Positions 39,279 through 51,250 of a stretch of DNA of 64,000 nt are shown here, in pieces (position 1 is the first letter of the stretch; every line of letters begins with the position of its first letter). A program made the translations under genes and the position numbers. Origin of the DNA: Polymyxa betae A26-41 (Eukaryota; Protista; Endomyxa: Phytomyxea); assembly GCA_003693705.1 (NCBI GenBank), contig RBZT01000336.1, positions 47,773 to 111,772 of the forward strand, given 5' to 3'. The notes under the pieces are model-generated. The model worked only from the letters and a program-made list of their open reading frames with translations, did not search any database and was not told the origin of the DNA.

Positions 39279-41500
39279 TCATGTAGGAATTAAAAAGCCA
39301 ACCTGGGCATACTCAAGCAGCCATGGATCAGACCAAAGTTTATCGCCCATCGTCTTGCCAATTACAGCCTGTTTGATGAACGCATGTCTCAAGGTCATAT
39401 TTAGTTCTGCTCTCAACCTCCAATACGCCCAGATTAAGCGATGCCATAATTTCTTTGGTCGCGGCGCCCCTGCCCGATTCAAGCTCTCGTAGGTCGCAGT
39501 TAGTACCCTGCAACGTCATCAGTTGTGTGTCGCCTTAATAATCAGCGGCTGCCGACCGCTTCCTCCGAGCGATGACAACAGGATCCAGACACCAACGGTC
39601 AAGGCGACGTCGTCGAGTCTCATTAAACCTGAGGTCGTCCTGATGTTGGTCCGCAAGCGCCATCGCTTTATCGATGACAGCGATTCGAACTGGCTCTGGC
39701 TGCTCGGCGAAGTAGCACGCCATAAAGCTCTGAGACAATGTCGGAAAGAGCAGAAGACATCAACGTTAGTTTACGTGCAGACGACGACCCATTTCGAATC
39801 GAATTTGGCGATCGATCAGGTATCGTTCATGTTCGTCGCGGATAGCGCTAAACGAGCTGATGCTGATTCGATACCACAGAGCCGCCTGCAAATTTAAGAG
39901 GAACATATTTGGTTTTAGAGACTGTTATACCTGGAAACAAATCAGGGTGATTGACATCTCGGATTGGAGGCAGATCTGCAGCCGACATCGATGTGCCGGC
40001 CAGCGCAGCCGACAAGTCCAGCCACGATAACAAGTCTGAATAATAATGGCAGCTCGCAAACGGTTCTACAAAGCACAATCAAATGGAGAGAAATCCACGC
40101 CTGAACTCGCCTGCCTGTTGCGTGTCAAGAGCCTGGACGCGGCTGCGAATATCGCACAAAAACCCTTTGACGATCGGGGACGGCTTCGGCGTCGTCTTTG
40201 GCATTGCCTTGCCGGGCTGCGATGCACGTTCGACGACCGCCACCGCCACATTCACATCCTAGTCGTATTCATTTATGAAAGAATCTCTCAAACTGAATGG
40301 CAAATCGAATGTTGCTCAATTTTGGACAAATGGAGATTCATGTTACACATGGAAAGTTAAATGGATTTTCTCGCGCAGCCCATAAAGTTAATAACGAACA
40401 TTTCAACAGAAATTAAAACGATTTCGAACCTGCATTGCAGCATTGGGTGATTTCGACATCGTTGGGGTTGGTGGTTGGCCTCGAGGACGCGTTGGTAGAG
40501 GATCGAGGTCGACAGGTTCGTCGAGAACCGAGGCGTAATCGTGTAGGGCAGAGACGATTGCCTCACGATGCCATCGATAGAACGACGTTTTGCCGGCCTG
40601 ATGTCGTTCATTGAGAGAAGCGTTGACAAGATCTGCTTACCGTTCGAACAAGTTTGCTGGTGTTTTTTAAGCAGTTCTTCCCATAGTTGCAGAAAACCTC
40701 GACACGATTGATGTTAGCTGTTGCCCTTGGTAGTAACGAATGAGAAAAGATAAAAAGCAAAATACGAAACGCAAAATTACAAGATAAACATTTACAAGGT
40801 AAAACATCCATATTTACCTGTCGCCTTTCTTAAGGTTACGAATGCATTCAATGATCTTCTCCAGCATTATCATATTCTCTGTGACGTCTAGGTCGGAGAT
40901 GGTTAGAGGTCGACCTGGAGAAGGCATCGCTTCCTTTCTCATGGCTCCCAGATGTCGCATCAGATTCTGTCTGGTTCCCGACCTACATCTCCATTAGCCA
41001 ACCGATGCCTTCTTCGACAACTTTTATCACCGTGAACTGTTTTGCGATTCTTTCGTCTTTTTCGTGGAATCGGAAGAGAAGCGATTCTCGCTGGGCGTGA
41101 TATCACCATTCAGGTTGTTTGACGACGAGACAGGCGGGTTTCGGTCACGATATCGTGAGACCACTCGTTGCAGCTTCTTTCGTTCTGTTTCTAAATAGCC
41201 GATCTCAACCTGGGCCGTGCTGGTCCGACGATAGCCGGCGTGCCTCGCCGACGCTGATCTCGGCGATAGACTTGGGAATCGCTTCAGCGATGGCATTAAC
41301 GAATGGGGGCCAGCATTGCTGGCCGATCCCGAAAGTCCCATTGCATAACACACCTCGTTGCAACAACTTTCGATCCGATACAGTACATCCACTATAGTCA
41401 ATCGTCCGGCTCCAGATAGTCAGGGTTTCAATCCAGTCATCACTGTCACTGGCTCTGCTCTCTATGGTTTATGGTGCGTTCGACATTGCGGTTCAACCAT
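39279..41500 (-). CDS. multi-exon hypothetical protein with IQ calmodulin-binding-like motif (boundaries uncertain)
   Basis: An exon near 39935-40066 reads NRLRAAIIIQTCYRGWTCR. Other coding-like minus-strand segments lie at 41027-41401, about 40820-40980, and 39279-39482. Confidence 0.4.
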
Positions 41501-41632
41501 GGCCAGTATTCCTTCTCCCATCTGAGCTCGGACAAAACGGCTCGTACTAAGGCTAAATTTTGTTTTCTTGATAACCTCTGCCATTATTGTAATGGCCATA
41601 TGCCGTGGTGATATGCTGTCATTCTAATTGCT

Positions 41633-41959
41633 GTGATATCGGAAGAGGTGGATTTGAAGGCGGGGATCGCAACGGTCAAGGCCGAGCTAAAAGTCGCCCA
41701 GAAGCAGTTGAATGATGCTGGTAGCGAAGCATTGAAACTGATGTATGGTGAGATTGTCACTGCCATCCACAAAGAGCTGTCCTTCGATGACTACAAACAG
41801 GTGTTTGAGGACGAAGATTATATTCCTCCAATTGTAAGCTATGACTACAAAGAGCTGTTTGAGGACGAAGATTATACTCCTCCAATTGTAAGCTATGGTC
41901 AACAGTTACGATCCGACTGGTCTGATCAGAGAGCTCAGCTCATCCGAACATGTTGTTGA
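41633..41959 (+). pseudogene. coiled-coil ORF fragment resembling the header of the Crinkler-like gene at 59.7 kb
   Basis: VKAELK..LKLMYGEIVTAI versus VKNDIK..MILVYAQLVSSL. It is followed by a tandem duplication and an early stop. Confidence 0.4.
41787..41897 (+). repeat. 54-bp tandem duplication (DYKxxFEDEDYxPPIVSY x2)
   Basis: Units 41787-41840 and 41841-41894 are nearly identical. Confidence 0.9.
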
Positions 41960-42848
41960 ACATGTCATACAGCCCTCCTGCTTATGCCAACTCCCTAAAT
42001 CGCCGAATAAAGTGATTTTTTTTAAGTTTTCGTTCCACATCAGTATTATATTGATCACGAAATGGTATCATGTTTGAAAAGCATTGGTGTAAAAGGGTTT
42101 CTTTTCCGTTCAGTCGATGATTTGGACATTAAAGACGCCGACACGATCTCATTAGAATCACTATAATCATCCAACAAAAAATTGCTTGTTCTCCCTGACA
42201 TACTGCTAAAATAACATATAACATATTTTCTTCATTGTAAATGTTTTGAGGATCAAATAAAAAAAGTGAGTTTTCCAAAATAATTCCAGGTAATCTAAAC
42301 CCGATCCATTTCCTCCCATGATTGCGGCAATAAGAAGTTGTGATGAGGTGACATCGTCTTCTCTTTTGTGGTCCAGCAGTCATTGTCATCAAATTCGAGC
42401 GAAAAATATAACGAAAATTGTTCCTGGACAAAGGGAGGACTGCTCAATAAACGACATTTGTTTAAAGCAAACCATCTAATTTCTGTCCAACTAGTAAATG
42501 GGTTTAGGGTCTAGGGTTTCACTACATACTGTACCTAGAGACACCCTTGGAATAGTGACAGAATTTGACAGACAATTAGGTGTCACTAAATCGCTGGATA
42601 ACTCTGTGCATTCTTAGAGTCCTGTTCGTCCGTCGATTACGCTGCTTTGTGGATGTCGTCGGGTCCACCCAGCTGCGATTTCAATGTTAACACCGTACCA
42701 GCCCACCGGAATTGTTACGCCGGGAGATTCATATTTCAGAAGTTGGAACCAGCATAGCGGTCGGCGTGTATTTCATATAATTAATATCTACGCGCCCGTG
42801 TCCCGTATGGCCTAAATCCATGCAATTCCTTCCGGGTCTCTGGATCGC

Positions 42849-43244
42849 TCAAGCTGCTCTATTGAAGAGACGAATGGTGATGGGCAGCTGCCCGGCCAGA
42901 ATGCGCAGATTGTTGAGGATATCAATGAGATCATCAGAATCGGGTCGGAACTGGTCGTTCGCCAGCCACCAATCATCCAGCGGATCTCGGACGGTCGCCA
43001 TCGCGCTTTCCGATACCGACAACGCAACCGACGCCGGCCCTGTTCGGATCGGTTTCAGGGCGTCCTCGAAATCGCGACGCAACTGGAGATCGGGATCGTC
43101 GTCTTGGAACAGAATGCGCTTGGTCGGCGGCGCCGGGTCGTGTCGGCCGATCTCGTTGGCGTAGAAGTCCTGCAGCTGGCGCCATTTCGTCTCGTTCGCG
43201 CACAGCTGCCGCTCCAGCCATTCTTCCGACGACGCCATTTCCAT
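42849..43244 (-). CDS. hypothetical protein
   Basis: GC-rich intronless ORF (MEMASSEEWLERQ..FNRAA) divergent from OXLD1. Confidence 0.55.
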   Translation of the reverse strand: MEMASSEEWLERQLCANETKWRQLQDFYANEIGRHDPAPPTKRILFQDDDPDLQLRRDFEDALKPIRTGPASVALSVSESAMATVRDPLDDWWLANDQFRPDSDDLIDILNNLRILAGQLPITIRLFNRAA

Positions 43245-43377
43245 CCTGACAATCTGCTGGGACGTGATGCAAGATTGCAACCGATGACGTCCATCATGAT
43301 GTGGTTCGTCACAAACAAATCAACAAAAAACTTAAAATATCGAAAAAAAAATCGCCTCGACCAGTTGCGGACAGATA

Positions 43378-43647
43378 ATGAGCCGTTCGCTGCGAAGGTT
43401 CTGGAGGCGCCCAAGATGGTCGACGATGGCGACGCTGGCCGGCGTCGACGACCGCAAGAAGAAGCAGTTGCATGACGAGCTGGATCAGGTCAAGCCGAGA
43501 CAGCTACGAGAAGAGGACGTCGGGCCATGTGGTCGGGAGCCGATGCCGCCCGATCCTGAATCCTGCTGTGGCAATAATTGCCCGAATTGTGTCTGGACCG
43601 TCTATTGGGACGAGCTGCAAGAATATCAAAGACGATGCGGCGTCTGA
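43378..43647 (+). CDS. oxidoreductase-like domain protein (OXLD1 family), probably mitochondrial
   Basis: PPDPESCCGNNCPNCVWTVY motif; Arg-rich N-terminus. Confidence 0.8.
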   Translation: MSRSLRRFWRRPRWSTMATLAGVDDRKKKQLHDELDQVKPRQLREEDVGPCGREPMPPDPESCCGNNCPNCVWTVYWDELQEYQRRCGV

Positions 43648-43652
43648 GTTTA

Positions 43653-43850
43653 TCATTGATCGTCCGATTTCTTATAGTCTGTAATGATGTTAGAGACAGG
43701 GTTAGGCAGGGAGGCGTCCGACCAACTCTGCCAGGGCGAGACGACATCGCGATGGATGTTCTGCTTGTTCTTCTTGGAATAGTCGTTGATGCCCAAGACC
43801 GTGAGATAGACGACGAAATTGAAGGTGCCGAGGGCGAGCAGCTTCTGGCC
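43653..43850 (-). CDS. small single-TM protein exon, 5' end not identified
   Basis: Coding-like segment QKLLALGTFNFVVYLTVLGINDYSKKNKQNIHRDVV, abutting AT-rich sequence upstream. Confidence 0.35.
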   Translation of the reverse strand, partial: GQKLLALGTFNFVVYLTVLGINDYSKKNKQNIHRDVVSPWQSWSDASLPNPVSNIITDYKKSDDQ

Positions 43851-44199
43851 TAATGATAACCTCCCATAGTATGAACTCATCTCTCTCTTTGTCCTTATAA
43901 TACCGTTGTGATACTTTCTATATAGCAATCTTGCAGAAACTTTTTGGAGTTTATCACCGAGTTATGTGGAAGATTTCTTGCTCCTGTGATATCTCTGAGT
44001 TTTCCTATCTGCGATCCAATTCGAGAATGGATTTTTGTCTATGAAATTAGACGGCATTATTTCGGTGGTAGATAAGACTTAGGGTTTAGGGATTGTAGAC
44101 GTCCAGGTGATTTGACAGGCGTTTGATTGAATGTGACAGTGCTGTCGTAATAGCTGATGTGGCATCGTTATATAGTGTCTTGGAAGCAGCTTTTCATAG

Positions 44200-44800
44200 C
44201 ATTAGACATGCGCATCATTGAAAACGAAAGGAAAAGCTGTGATGTCAAATCTCGGTAAAGTAAAAAGTTTGAAAAAACAAATTGCACTGTTTACTGTGTT
44301 GTTAGCGGCATCTACAAGACGCCTGGGTAATCGCCGACTTTGGATCAAAGACGAGCGATACTTCCGTTTTATTGTAATCGGTGTTATGGATGAACTGATG
44401 GACCGCTCTGAAACAGGAAGAGCTCCTGACAAAATGAAGACAATCTGTCTAACGACTTCAGGCCTTGCGCTTTGAAATTGACGAGTCGATTCAAGCCATT
44501 GTGATGATAAAGTGAGGTTTAGGAAAAGACCGGAACTTCATGATGGGCGTTACTTAAACAGTGAAGACCGGTCGCTGATTGCATCCGATTGTAAGAGGAA
44601 TGCGTTATTGGCCTGCACAAGCGGCTCCATATGGTGTGGCCGAGAATATTGTCGGGCGCCAGCCCTGGAAGCTAATCGAGTCGCAAGCTTGGGCATCACA
44701 TGAAGACGCCGCTGGACGCCCAGTAGCGGTCGATCTCTGCAAGAGGGCGTCTCATGAGAGATGCAACTACCATAGTTGCCGAGCAGATGAAGACGCGCAA
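44200..44800 (+). mobile_element. possible degenerate Harbinger-type transposase fragment
   Basis: Broken frames with RRLWIKDER and YWPAQAAPYGVAENIVG, reminiscent of the N-terminus and HTH of PIF/Harbinger nucleases. Confidence 0.25.
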
Positions 44801-44911
44801 GCTGCTCCAATCGCAAATAGAATTTGAATGGCTGAAATTGAGCGGCCTCGTTTCTGTCCAGAACTGACTGAGTGTAGGGTTTTCTAGACCTGTTTGCTCA
44901 TTGTCGTATTA

Positions 44912-46462
44912 ATGGCGATGCAGAACCCATCACCGTCCGTCGTCATGGATGGCGAACCGGTCGCGCCCGTCCTCAAAATCATGTCGGTGCCGATCGTGGA
45001 GATCGCCCCGATCGAACGGCGCTACATCTGCGGCGTGAATTCGTGTAAATTGTTCTATCAGCGTTTTCGTAATTTGCATCGGCCGTCGAAATGTGTCGTC
45101 TTGCTTATACACGGGTTTGGCGAGCACGTCGGGCGCTTTTATCATGTGATTAAGGTTGGCCGGAGAGTTTGTCGAACATATTGGCTTTGCGAATGAATGA
45201 AAAGTTCCTCAGGAATTGATTGATAACGATTGCGATGTTCATACCATAGACCTACGAGGACATGGGTACATGGCGAATTAGTTTTGCTGTCGTGATTACT
45301 CAACCAGACTTGATAGGCTCTCAGGTGGGCCGCGGTCAGATGGACGATTTGAGGACTTTCTCAACGATATTGGCCAACTTCACAGGTAAAGCAATAATTG
45401 ACATTTCCGACTGTTTCCAATGGTTTTCTATCGGCTTACGCTTTGCCTGCTTCGTTTACCAATATGTTATTAGGGTTGCACTAACTTCATCACCGAATCT
45501 CCCCGTCTTCCTGTACGGGCAATCAATGGGTGGAATGTTAGTACTGGCGTATGCTTTACTGGACAAGGAACGACGTTTACGAGGTGTAATAGCGACTGCA
45601 CCATGGCTGCGGCTCTCTGCTCTGGTTCAACCGAAATGGTTTTGTCAGAACTTCACAGCACGGATTTGGACGCTAACTGCTACTAAAGGTGGAAAATCTG
45701 GCTGTTAAATTTAGGATGGCCTCTATTTCAAGAGTTTCTATTGTCATCTGTAAGTAAGATTAAGGACGCTCTGCTGCGATTGAACGTGCTTAGAATGTCG
45801 ATCCATGTTCTCTATCATCCATGGATGGTGTGGCATCTGCCGCCATTAACGACCGGCTCGTACTTCCCTTCATTACTGTGAGGCTGGCTTTCCAAATCAT
45901 CAAGTAATCTTGCTGCTGGATTCCGGAATCGGATCTCTAATCGTTCTTTAGCGGCGCCCAGAAGACTTTGAGCAATGCGAAACAAATGCACGCGCCGATG
46001 CTGCTGTTCCATGGCAGCTCAGATCAATTAACGGATGTGACGGCAACAGCTGATTTTGCCGAAAACGCTAGCTCGAATGATAAGACAATTCGAATATTCG
46101 AGGGTGCTTATCATGAGATTCATAATGATGTAGACAGGTAGTTCTTTTTCCAGTGCCTTATAAGTTTTTCTGAACTGAAGTAAATCAGACCGCAGCTGTT
46201 CCTTGAAGTCAATCAATGGATAAGTGATCGCTGTTCAACCCAGTATGCACCAGGAGATGAAGTTCTCCCGACCAATCACGTTTCTGGAATGTTGGACAGG
46301 TTAAGCAGGAAGGTGGTGCAGCATGCTCTTCGAAGAAGAATCCTCAAACTGGTACTGGTTTATTTTTTCGTGGCGTTCCTAGCTAGAAGACGGGGAAGAA
46401 GCTTGCAAACAGCGTTGGCATGGCCTGTACGATTTATGTATTTGCTAGCCGCCACATTGTGA
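44912..46462 (+). CDS. monoacylglycerol lipase / lysophospholipase (alpha/beta hydrolase) with hydrophobic C-terminal tail
   Basis: IHGFGEH, DLRGHG, GQSMGG nucleophile elbow, HGSSD, GAYHEIHND. Confidence 0.88.
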
Positions 46463-46541
46463 GGAGAACACCAGCTCACAAACCCATCGTTTAAATTGGA
46501 GATTAAATTAATTATTAGCTGGTTGTTCTTTGGCGGAGTAT

Positions 46542-48148
46542 TTAGCGACATCCTCAGCGAGCTCGGAACTGAACAGTTCTGAGACCGATTGCTTCATATG
46601 AATTCTGGCGATTGCATGGGCTAAGAATTCCGCAATCGACAGAACTTCAATCTTGTCGCTAGCTTTAGAAGACGGGACAGGAACGGTATTACAAACAACG
46701 ACCTTCTCAATGCGTGAATTTGAATTCGAAGAAGTGGATTTAGCTTAGCTGTACCTTTTCAAAAGCGCTGTTATTGATGCGGTCGATAGCTGGGCCGTTG
46801 AAAAGCCCATGTGTGGCAAAAGCAAAGATTCTTTTAGCTCCAGCACTGCAGCGAAGTTAACAGACATTTGCTGAGCCAAGCAGGCTATTACCGTTTCAAT
46901 TCTTCAGCGGCTTGGCAAAGAGTTCCAGCTAAACGGTTTTCAGACCCGGACTAGAGATATGATAAATGGGATTTACCAGTATCGATCATATCATCAACAA
47001 TGATACAATCTTGGTTCTTAACGTCACCGACCAGGTCCATCCGATCGACAGTATTCGCACGAATCCTTTGCTTGATGATCATGGCCAGCCCCGCTTCCAT
47101 CCCGAAATGTCTGAGTCCGTCTCTAGAAGCTGCGTCACCAAACATTTCTAACAAATATGACCGGGCAGCACAACCGACCTGAATTTCTTCGCTCGATAAA
47201 CACCACCAGCATCAGGGCTGACAATGACAGTGTTTTCTCCTTTCAGTCCAAGCTCAGCGAAGTATGGCAACGCTACGACGGCCCCTTCAAGATTGTCGCA
47301 TGGGGTTCTAGGTCCAAAGAACCCTTGAATTTGACCTTCAGCAAACTTTAACTGAGGGAGCCATTTCGATGATCACGCTGATACCGCAATGAAGATCGAC
47401 AGCGACGACTCGATCGACGCCCATCGATTCCAATAGCAACGCGATATCGGCAGCAGAAATTGGTACACGAGAGGTCATCTACAGTCAATGATGAACTTAC
47501 CTCGAATTCAGAGGTCAGGTTACCTTTCGATCTTGCCTGGCATAGCCGAAATACGGGATGATCGCCGTAATTTTTCGAGCAGAAGCCCTCCTGAAATGGA
47601 TCGTCATCAAGAGACGACAGAGCGATCAGCACATCGATAAATCAACCTGAATGTGCTAATCATTAAGACGAGCTCCATGAGGTGATCGTTGACTCCAGGT
47701 GGGCAGGTAGGCTGGATGATATAGACATCTGCTGAGCGAACGTTCTCATGAACTTGAACACCAATTTCGCCATCGGCAAACTGTTTGATGGTCATATCTC
47801 CCAGACGGGTCCCAAGATGTGAGCAGATCTCTTGGGCCAACTAACAACAAATTTTTGAAGGGTTTGACAGAATGTTAAGTCTTGTACCGGAAGGTTAGCG
47901 GTACCAGAGAATACCATCGGTTTATGGACCGACGCCGAATACTTTTTATGTTCAGCTTGTGAGTTCTCTGCTGATTTTGTTTCAGGCGCCGTGTGCGAGT
48001 CCGCATTGGTGTGAACGGCCCAGGCAGCCAACCCGAGCGCCGCCGAACCAGTGACGATCGGCCAGCGATATCTGTTCGCCTGCCTGGGACGGAAGGCGGT
48101 CGGGAAGGCGTGGAAGCGCGCCCCCCGAGCGAAGCGTGACCAGATCAT
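46542..48148 (-). CDS. PRPS: ribose-phosphate pyrophosphokinase with N-terminal extension
   Basis: [55 protein letters not shown]. Confidence 0.95.
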
Positions 48149-48226
48149 TGCCGAGCAATATGCCCAGAATTGCGCATTCAGCAGATGTGCCTTGCATGAA
48201 TTGGTAACGTAATATTTTGGACCATG

Positions 48227-48430
48227 TGGGGTCACTCTCACACCCCATGGGCTCATACATTACCCGACTATTTCTTCTTAGGGAAAGGTCGATTTCTGGG
48301 GTCACTCTCACACCCCATGGGCTCATACATTCGACTATTTCTTCTTAGGGAAAGGTCGATATCTGGGGTCACTCTCACACCCCATGGGCTCATACTTTAT
48401 TCGACTATTTCTTCTTAGGCAAAGGTCGAT
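48227..48430. repeat. three tandem copies of a 67-70 bp unit upstream of PRPS
   Basis: Copies start at 48227, 48297 and 48364: tggggtcactctcacaccccatgggctcatac..cgactatttcttcttagg.aaaggtcgat. Confidence 0.92.
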
Positions 48431-48991
48431 GTCGCAGCGATACAAACATAGCCGATGCAAGATGGTGCCTGCCGCTACCGATTTGGCAGTCATTATCATA
48501 TGTCCAGGGTCATGATGATAGCGACGACGGTCGTTGCTGGTTTCTTCCTGTTTGCCTTAAATTTGTGTATTGCTAGTTTCCCAATGAATAAGTTTATCCA
48601 TTGCTGATATCGATCTGTTCGAAATTACAAAGCTCTCCTAGGATTAGGCTGGGTTTGTATAGTGCTGAGCATCGTCAACAGGCGGCGCTGCGTCCTCAGC
48701 TTTTGGCCGAAAGTACTTAGGCAGAGCTGGAAGCTGATCATCATGTTATCCAGAGACCATTAATAGAACAGCTGTTACAGAGTTGATACACAGTCAAACA
48801 GGAAATATTTGTCTAACTGAGCAACGATATTACATTTATTTCGTTGCTCATCTTGACATCGGAAGATGCGTTGCCGATGAGTTATGCAACAACACACGAT
48901 ATCGGAAGTTGACGTTGTGTCACGCTGGCAGATTTAAATCTTTGTCCAAGAACGGTGGGTACATCATCCCATTCCGCAAAATCACCTCCAA

Positions 48992-49835
48992 ATGAATACC
49001 CTCTTCGCTTTCAGCGCTCTTCTCCTGATCGGCTACGTGTCCGGCTTGAATCTTCTGACCTCATGCGGTGCCAAGAAGAAAGCGATTGCGCTGACCTTCG
49101 ATGACGGGCCCGCTATTGAAAACGATATTTCACAGAAACTACTCGAGAAGATTCAGGAACTCGGTATTGTGGCGACATTCTACTCATCGCCAGCCGCTAT
49201 GGGCGATGACGAGAGACAGATGCAGGGTCGGTGTGAAATGATCAAGAAATTGGTCAATGCCGGAATGCAAATCGGCCTGCACAACTGGGAGCACGAGAAG
49301 TTCAGCAAAGGCATCCCAAGAGATATGTTCGACAAGAAGATCGGCGAGAACTTGGAAAAAACCGCATCATGGCTGAAAAAATGTGGCGCCAAGAAGCTAA
49401 CACAGTTCCGACCTCCATATGGAATCCTTAGCGATGCTCAAGCTCAGTATATCAATCAACAAGGGTACGCCATAGCTATGTGGAACGGTAATCACCTGAA
49501 CTGTCTGGATATATTCTCGTACTGAAATGTTTTCAGTGGAGCCGAATGACAGCGAAAAGAAGAGGAGCGGGAAAGAAATATTTGCAGCCGGATGGAAAGA
49601 TTTCGAGGAGAACGTCGGCGTCGGGAACAGTGCCGTCTGGTCTCTTCACGACAGCATGTTTACAGAGAAATCGGTCGATGAATTCTTCTCGATGATTGTG
49701 CAGAAATACCGAGACGAGCTGGGATACGAGTTCGTCACCATGGACCAATGCTACAAAAAATGCGGTCAAGGCCAATGTAATGAACTTGGTGGTCCTAAAC
49801 CAGACAATGGAATCCTCAGCCCACGAAAGAAATGA
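48992..49835 (+). CDS. secreted CE4 (NodB) polysaccharide/chitin deacetylase, copy 1, 2 exons
   Basis: Signal peptide; TFDDGP, HNWEH, RPPYG, SLHD motifs; intron at about 49488-49537. Confidence 0.9.
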
Positions 49836-50068
49836 ATAAATTCGTCGATAAGCCATGGAGCACTATTATTGGTTTGCTGTATGCTGCCCCCAGCGATATT
49901 GTTTCAGGGAGCACAAAGCCTCTAACTATCGGAACAAGAATACGGTAAAGCTGCGGCTAACAACGAGCTCAATGCAAATCGGAACCATTCGGATGGAGTT
50001 GAGTCACGATGAACGATGTGATCGGAACGAAGTGGACGGCGCCACCCACTTCTTAAATCGCCAATCCA

Positions 50069-50898
50069 ATGAGAACGTTCGCTTTTGTCGTTCTGCTTGC
50101 TGTCAGCTATGTTTCCGGCCTCAATATATTAACGTCTTGCGGCGCCAAAAAGAAAGTGATTGCAATAACGTTCGACGACGGCCCAGCCATCGAGCATGAC
50201 ATCTCACAGAAGATTCTCTCCAAACTCCAGCAGCATGGCATTCCGGCCACGTTCTATTCATCGCCGGCTGCGATGGGCGACGACCAGAAAGAGATGCAGG
50301 GCCGATGCGACATGGTCCGCAAGCTAGCTGCCGCCGGGATGCAAATCGGAATCCATAACTGGAAGCACGAGAAGGTCAGCAAAAGCATGCCGAAATTCAA
50401 GCTCGGCGACAACATCAAGAAAGTCGCTGCGTGGCTGCAGGGATGTGGTGCCAAAAAACTGACCCAATATCGACCTCCTTACGGTGTGCTGAGTGATGGA
50501 CAAGCTCAATATATCAATCAGCAGGGTTATACAGTCGCTATGTGGAATGGTAATCGCGCTCTAATCAGGTTTTGTCTTCTGAGAAAATGCTCGTAGTGGA
50601 ACCGAATGATAGCGAAAAGAAGAAGAGCGGGAAACAGATTTTCGAGGCTGGATGGAAAGATTTCCAGGAGAGCGTCGGCGTGGGAAACAGCGCCATCTGG
50701 TCGTTGCACGACGGCATGTTCACCGAGAAATCCATCAACGACTTCTTGCCATTGATTGTAAAGAAATACCGAGACGAGCTCGGGTACGAGTTCGTCACCA
50801 TGGATCAATGCTACAAGAAATGCGGCAAGGACCAATGTGACGACCTAGGGGGTCCAAAACCAGGTCAAGGCATTTTCCATCCTCGAAAACCGCAATAA
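50069..50898 (+). CDS. secreted CE4 (NodB) polysaccharide/chitin deacetylase, copy 2, 2 exons
   Basis: Paralog of copy 1 with the same intron position; TFDDGP, HNWKH, RPPYG, SLHD. Confidence 0.9.
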
Positions 50899-51014
50899 AA
50901 TCAACGAAAAGCCGTTCTTGGTACTCATGCGATCAATGCCATGACTCAACGCGATCATTATTCTTAAGGTTCTTTAATCAATCAGCAACCCGTTTCTGCC
51001 TCTATTTAACACGA

Positions 51015-51203
51015 ATGTGCCCGTTTCGGGTGCTGATACTGGCCCTCGCAGTAATCTGGTCGCTTTGGCTTCTGATTCGCAGTCTGTTCGAGAAGCGCGA
51101 TCAAGTCGCCCAAGACACAGTGAAGTCGGCGGGATGCCCATTCTTAGCGGGAAGGAAGCAATCATCCGCCATCCTGGACCTGCCCAACCCGCATACGTTA
51201 TAA
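51015..51203 (+). CDS. 62-aa small membrane or secreted protein with two CPF motifs
   Basis: MCPFRVLILALAVIWSLWLLI..GCPF..PNPH. It fills the gap between CE4 copy 2 and the HBS1 3' end. Confidence 0.55.
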   Translation: MCPFRVLILALAVIWSLWLLIRSLFEKRDQVAQDTVKSAGCPFLAGRKQSSAILDLPNPHTL

Positions 51204-51250
51204 ATAATTTCTAAATACGTCTTGAGATATCAGATACTGGGCCTTACTAA

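Noticed and set aside
48227-48430. CRISPR-like array
   Set aside because: The units are contiguous with no unique spacers, there are no cas genes, and the context is eukaryotic.
48511-48608. Possible C/D snoRNA (ATGATGA ... CTGA)
   Set aside because: No convincing terminal stem and no recognisable rRNA or snRNA antisense element.
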